A stretch of 43,776 nucleotides of DNA from Eledone cirrhosa (Eukaryota). The notes beneath the pieces are model-generated. The model ran no database searches. It was not told the origin of the DNA and was given only the letters and a program-made list of their open reading frames with translations. Each line of letters begins with the position of its first letter. Within the stretch, counting starts at the first letter, position 1. The DNA is taken from NCBI GenBank assembly GCA_964016885.1, contig CAXHJY010001459.1, forward strand, positions 1-43,776, read 5' to 3'. Positions 39,016 to 43,776 of the stretch are shown in pieces. Made by a program: the position numbers and the translations under genes.

Positions 39016-40164
39016 CTGTGTCCACAGATGTATATAGTGTACATGATTTTATGTTTAAATCTTGTTGAGGTTAATATTGTCTTTCATCCTTCTAAAGTTG
39101 ATTACATTAATACCAGTTAATTACTGGAGTCAATTTAATTAGCTATATCTTGACTGTAAAAGGTGGGGTGAAGTGAATTCCATCTGCTGGATTGTTCATG
39201 CAGAGAATCTAGAATACATGTGTGTCTAGCAGTGGTCATGCCTTTAAGAATTCTACCCACAAAAGAAGCTTCAACATTTACATTACTCTATATATACTAT
39301 TGTATTTTTGTGGTAAAGGCTTTATCGCACATAATTATCTCACATAATATTGAATCTATGAGATTTTGATATTATTCATTTTGAGAACCATACCTTAACA
39401 TCAGTATGAGCAGCCAGTTACAATTAGTTTGAACAGAAAGAGGTGAGAGAATTCTGTCCAGATACAGCTAGTTTAAATGCTAAAAGGTTATGCCTTTTGT
39501 TCTATAAAAAAAGCCACCCAATTTAAAGAGTTCCTATTTAAATTAATGTTCCAACATAATTTGATATAAGAACCTTTTCTTAAGTTATGTTATAAATGCT
39601 ACCTTAATAATTGAATAAATAATCATTTTTGTAAATCCCTCCACTCCAGCTTCTTCAATAATTATAATTAATTCATATACACTGTAATTTATAAAAAAAA
39701 AAAATGGTCATGAAAAAGTGATGAAAGAGAAATATGCTAATGAAACACTATCATGATACTTTATAGTTAGGATGAACCATTGACAGTTAAATGTGTTGGC
39801 CGGGGACAAAGGGTAATGAACATGACAGAACACAAACTAAAATCCTTTTGTTTGTACAAACAATTCCCTATTGACATGGGTAGTTACAATTCTCAGTCTT
39901 ACAAAAATAGGTAGTAAATAAGTTGACCTATAAAGATTAAATATCTCATTGTTCTCCTGGCAGAACTTTCGTAAAGAAAAAACAAAAGGTGTCATTTCTT
40001 TAAACACACACACACACAAGCGCACGCATTTTTTCTCTTTCAAATCTATTACATTTCACCTTTTACAAAAATGTATGAACATACAAACATATCTCTTTCA
40101 ATTTATACATATATAAGCATTTGAAAAAATATAGATTCTTAAAATGTTATATTACAGTGATGTA

Positions 40165-40795
40165 AACCTATTCCAGTCACAAGAAGGACCCATACAAGTG
40201 GTTGATAGCTTCTGCTATCTAGGTGGTGCAATTAGCAATGGAGGAGGGGAGGGCGCTCTGAGAGCATAATAGCTAGAATAAGGATAGAATGGAAGAAGTT
40301 TAGAGAGCTACTCCCAACAAAAGGTTTCTCCCTACATATATGAGGCCTGTGTGAGAAGTGTGATGTTGCATAGTAGTGAAACATGGGCTGTGGCTGCAGA
40401 AGACATGCATAGACTGAAGAGAAATGAAGCAGCCATACTTCGTTGTATGTGTAATGTAAAGATGAGAGAAAGGCAGGATTTAGATGAACTGAGAGAGAAA
40501 CTGGGTTTAAGAGGAATCCAAGGTGGTGTGCAGGAGAGAAGACTGTGTTTGGTATGGACATATGACTCACATGGATGATGACCAATCAGTGAAGAAGTGC
40601 TAGGAAATGTCATTGGAAGGAAGTCACAGTAGAGGTAGACCAAGAAAGACCTGGGCAGAAGTGGTGAGAACTGACCCAAAATTCTTGAGACTCACAGAGG
40701 AGATGCCAAAGAAACACAGCGAGTGGAGTGATGCTGAGAAGGATCCGTCCAACCCATGCAAGCATGGAAAAATGGATGTAAAAATGATGATGATA
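40165..40795 (+). mobile_element. Degenerate RTE with B/D-type terminus, 5'-truncated
   Basis: [31 protein letters not shown]; ends ccgtccaacccatgcaagcatggaaaa...atgatgat. Confidence 0.88.
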
Positions 40796-41710
40796 TATAC
40801 AAATAATACTTATATATTTGAATACACGGTTTTAGATAGACATTATGGAAATAGTAATTTCATAATTTGCACTGTTAAAGGAATACATCTTACTTTGAAT
40901 ATATATACATATAATAAAGAATATGTAGGGCTTTAACAGTTTAAACTATTAAAGTACTATGTCCAACAAAATCTATTTATTAAAATATATATCTTTCCTC
41001 TATGTGTACATGTTAAGGGCTCACACTTTTCGTCATATAAAATCATACTCAAGCAGCTACAAATAATACTTGTGTATGCAGATGGTACATACTGATGGTA
41101 AATGCTGAGATGAGATTGTAGCCCTAGTATTTCTATAGATACATAGTATGTATCTTTAAAGGAAAATAGAATGCCGGAAGATAAATTGTACACTATATAT
41201 TACCTCTATGGTTAGTCAGTGTCTCTATAGACGGATATCAAATCTGTAGACGGATGGGATCAATATGAACAGTATGTATGTATGAGAAATGATATAGACT
41301 AGAAGTATGTTCTGAATAATCCAAGTTTGCAATCCAGTTTTGATATGCAGCTGAACCCATTTGATTTCACTTAAATTGTTAATACCCCCAGAAATGATTA
41401 GAACATCTCAAGTCTTTCTCTTAAAATATATTCTACATCAATCCTTAACAAAGCAACACAACTTGTAAAATAAGTCAATATTTATACAGATAATTACTAA
41501 TTAATTTAACATATATACAGTAATGGAGCTGACACAATTAACACCCTCATACACTCAACCAGACTGATGTTTCTCATCTATTATTGTACCTTATCACCTC
41601 ACAATCAATAAGAACATGTAGAAGCTCAAATCAATTACTTTACTTTTTATTTTAAATGTGCTTTGTATCTCAGCAAAAGAAGTGTGGGTGTGTGTGTGTG
41701 GGGGGGTCTG

Positions 41711-41787
41711 CAGGGTGTCCGCAAAAATCTATGCACACTTCAACAGCATTCTAATAAAAAGTATTTATACATTTTTGGGGCACCCTA
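41711..41787. mobile_element. Tiny Tc1-like MITE remnant
   Basis: Imperfect TIRs cagggtgtccgcaaaaat / atttttggggcacccta followed by TA. Confidence 0.5.
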
Positions 41788-41816
41788 TATACATACACAC
41801 ATATATATATATACAT

Positions 41817-43776
41817 TCATCATCATCATTTAACGTCCATCTTCCATGCTTGCATGGGTTTGGACGGGAGTTTTCCCACTTGAGGCAAGAGTGGTTGTCT
41901 TGCTCGCATAGGACTGTCTGGCGGGTTTTCTACGGCTGGATGCCCTTCCTAACACCAACCACATTTACAGTGTGGAACTGGGAGGTTTTTACCGTGTTAC
42001 CTACACGACCACATTACAGCGTGGACTGTGTGTTTTTTGTCGTGACACCTACACGACCTCATTTGTTTCGCGCTGGATGTTGTGGCACCGACATAACTTT
42101 ACATTGAAAGGGGTGGTGTGGATGGGGTGGGGGTAGTGGGACGGGGGTGTATTTTTGTTAGAGGTGCCTACTGACTGTAGTAGGTTTCACTTTGTACTTA
42201 GGTAAGGCGGGTCTTCTGTATTACTGTGTAGCGCCAAAGATCTCGGTCCAGTGACATTGTCTTGGAGAGGTGTAAGTGTGTGAGGTTGGAATTTATCAAG
42301 TCGTCCCAGGTTTTTCTGGGTCTGCCTACTCCGTGGCTACCGTCTATTTTTATTGCCCTGCACTTTTTTATACAGCTGTCGTCTTTCATGCACATCACGT
42401 GACCGTACCAACATAGTCTTCTTTCGAGTAAACAACATCTGATCCCTCTTATTTCTAATTTTTCCCTTAGTTCATTTATGCTTTGCCGTTCACGTATATT
42501 ACTATTACACATCCAGCGGAGCATGCAAGCTTCGTTCCTCTCCAGTCTGCGTATATCCTCTGCACACAATGCCCAGGTCTCACTGCCATGTAACATTGCT
42601 GTCCGTATGCAGGCATCATACAGCCTGCCTTTCATTTTTAGAGAGAACCCTTTAGCGGCTAATAGTGGTATAAGCTCTCTGAACTTTTTCCATCCAGTTC
42701 TGACTCTAGCTACTGTACTTTCAGAGCACCCTCCACCACTGCTGATTTTGTCACCCAAGTAACGGAACTATTTCTATAGAACCATCTGTGCAATGGAATG
42801 AGCTAGTATTCTGTGGGCACTTGCTGCTACTTATTGCACCAGAGCACCGGCCACATATAAAATCTATATTCTTAGTTAGCTTACCTGTGCTCCCACTACA
42901 TCTTTTATGCACCCATACTTTGCATTTGGGACATAAAATGGAGTTTCTGCCTACTCCTTTCCTACACACTGAGCATGGCCATTTCCCAGATGGGACCGGT
43001 GCCCTATTTTCCTTCCTACAAACTAGAACTTTAGTCTTAGACAGGTTAATTTTGAGGCCTTTTGATTCTAGGCCATGCTTCCATGTTTGGAATTTCTTCT
43101 CTAGTTCAGCCATTGATTCAGCTATGAGCATTAGATCATCTGCGTATAGGAGTTCCCATGGGCAGCCGGTCTTGAACTCCTCTGTTATAGCCTGAAGGGC
43201 AATAATAAATAGTAGGGGGCTAAGAACGGAGCCCTGATGAACACCAACTTTTACGCTAAACTCTTCACTATATTCGTTGTTAATTCTAACCTTGCTGACT
43301 GTTTCTTTATACATGGCTTGTATAGCTCTCACAAGCCATTCATCAACTCCTAGTTTTCTAAGAGCCCACCAGATAATGGAATGGGGGACTCTGTCAAAGG
43401 CTTTCTCCAAGTCGACAAAAGCTAAGTATAGGGGTTTACTTTTAGCTAGGTACTTCTCCTGTAGTTGTCGTACAATGAAAAGAGCGTCTGTGGTACTTTT
43501 ACCTGACACAAACCCGAACTGCATTTCATCTAGATCAATTCGCTCTCTGATTAGTTGCGCTATTACTTTTTCTGTGACCTTCATGACCTGGTCGATTAAT
43601 TTAATGCCTCTATAGTTACCCCTATCTAGGGCATCTCCTTTACCCTTGTAGCAGTTAATAGTGATGCTGCTACGCCAGTCCTTCGGAACAACCCCATTCT
43701 GTATGACTTGGTTTACTATCCGGGTGACCATAGTGTGTCCCACCGTTCCAGAAGCTTTCAGCATTTCAGCAACTAT
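41817..43776 (-). mobile_element. RTE subfamily A (continues beyond window end)
   Basis: ORFs 42751-43764 (RT plus intact PHD) and 42198-42758 are nearly identical to RTE-A at 5742-8871; same 3' UTR and tail. Confidence 0.95.

Noticed and set aside
39906-39959. Possible 54-nt minus-strand micro-exon (cag|GAGAAC...TTTT|gtaag)
   Set aside because: Splice-like signals alone, with no recognisable protein or partner exons; expected by chance. RNA-seq would be needed.

Overview
Eukaryotic (animal) non-genic, repeat-saturated DNA. The repeat repertoire (kb-long (TA)n/TACA arrays, RTE LINEs with (GAT)n tails, tRNA-derived SINEs) suggests an octopus/coleoid cephalopod, which is inference only. No host gene is supported, and the many long poly-(Ile-Tyr) ORFs are microsatellite translation artefacts. 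The first ~25 kb is (TA)n arrays packed with nested retroelements: two Penelope-like elements (PLEs, RT plus GIY-YIG) with inverted terminal repeats and hammerhead-ribozyme motifs, and several RTE subfamilies (here called A, B, C, D). The remainder holds a chimeric SINE, a decayed PLE, a CR1/L2 LINE, an ancient RNase H-bearing LINE interrupted by younger insertions, an RTE with C2H2 fingers, a SINE cluster and small DNA-transposon remnants. Most notable: (1) RTE subfamilies A and C carry a 3' extension, absent from B, built of tandem ~48-nt units predicted to fold as GNRA hairpin plus H-type pseudoknot with compensatory changes; the same module occurs in a SINE and as a free array; (2) a C4HC3 PHD-type finger sits inside the RTE reverse transcriptase; (3) three different hammerhead-like motifs lie in PLE terminal repeats; (4) perfect fold-back hairpins recur at insertion junctions.
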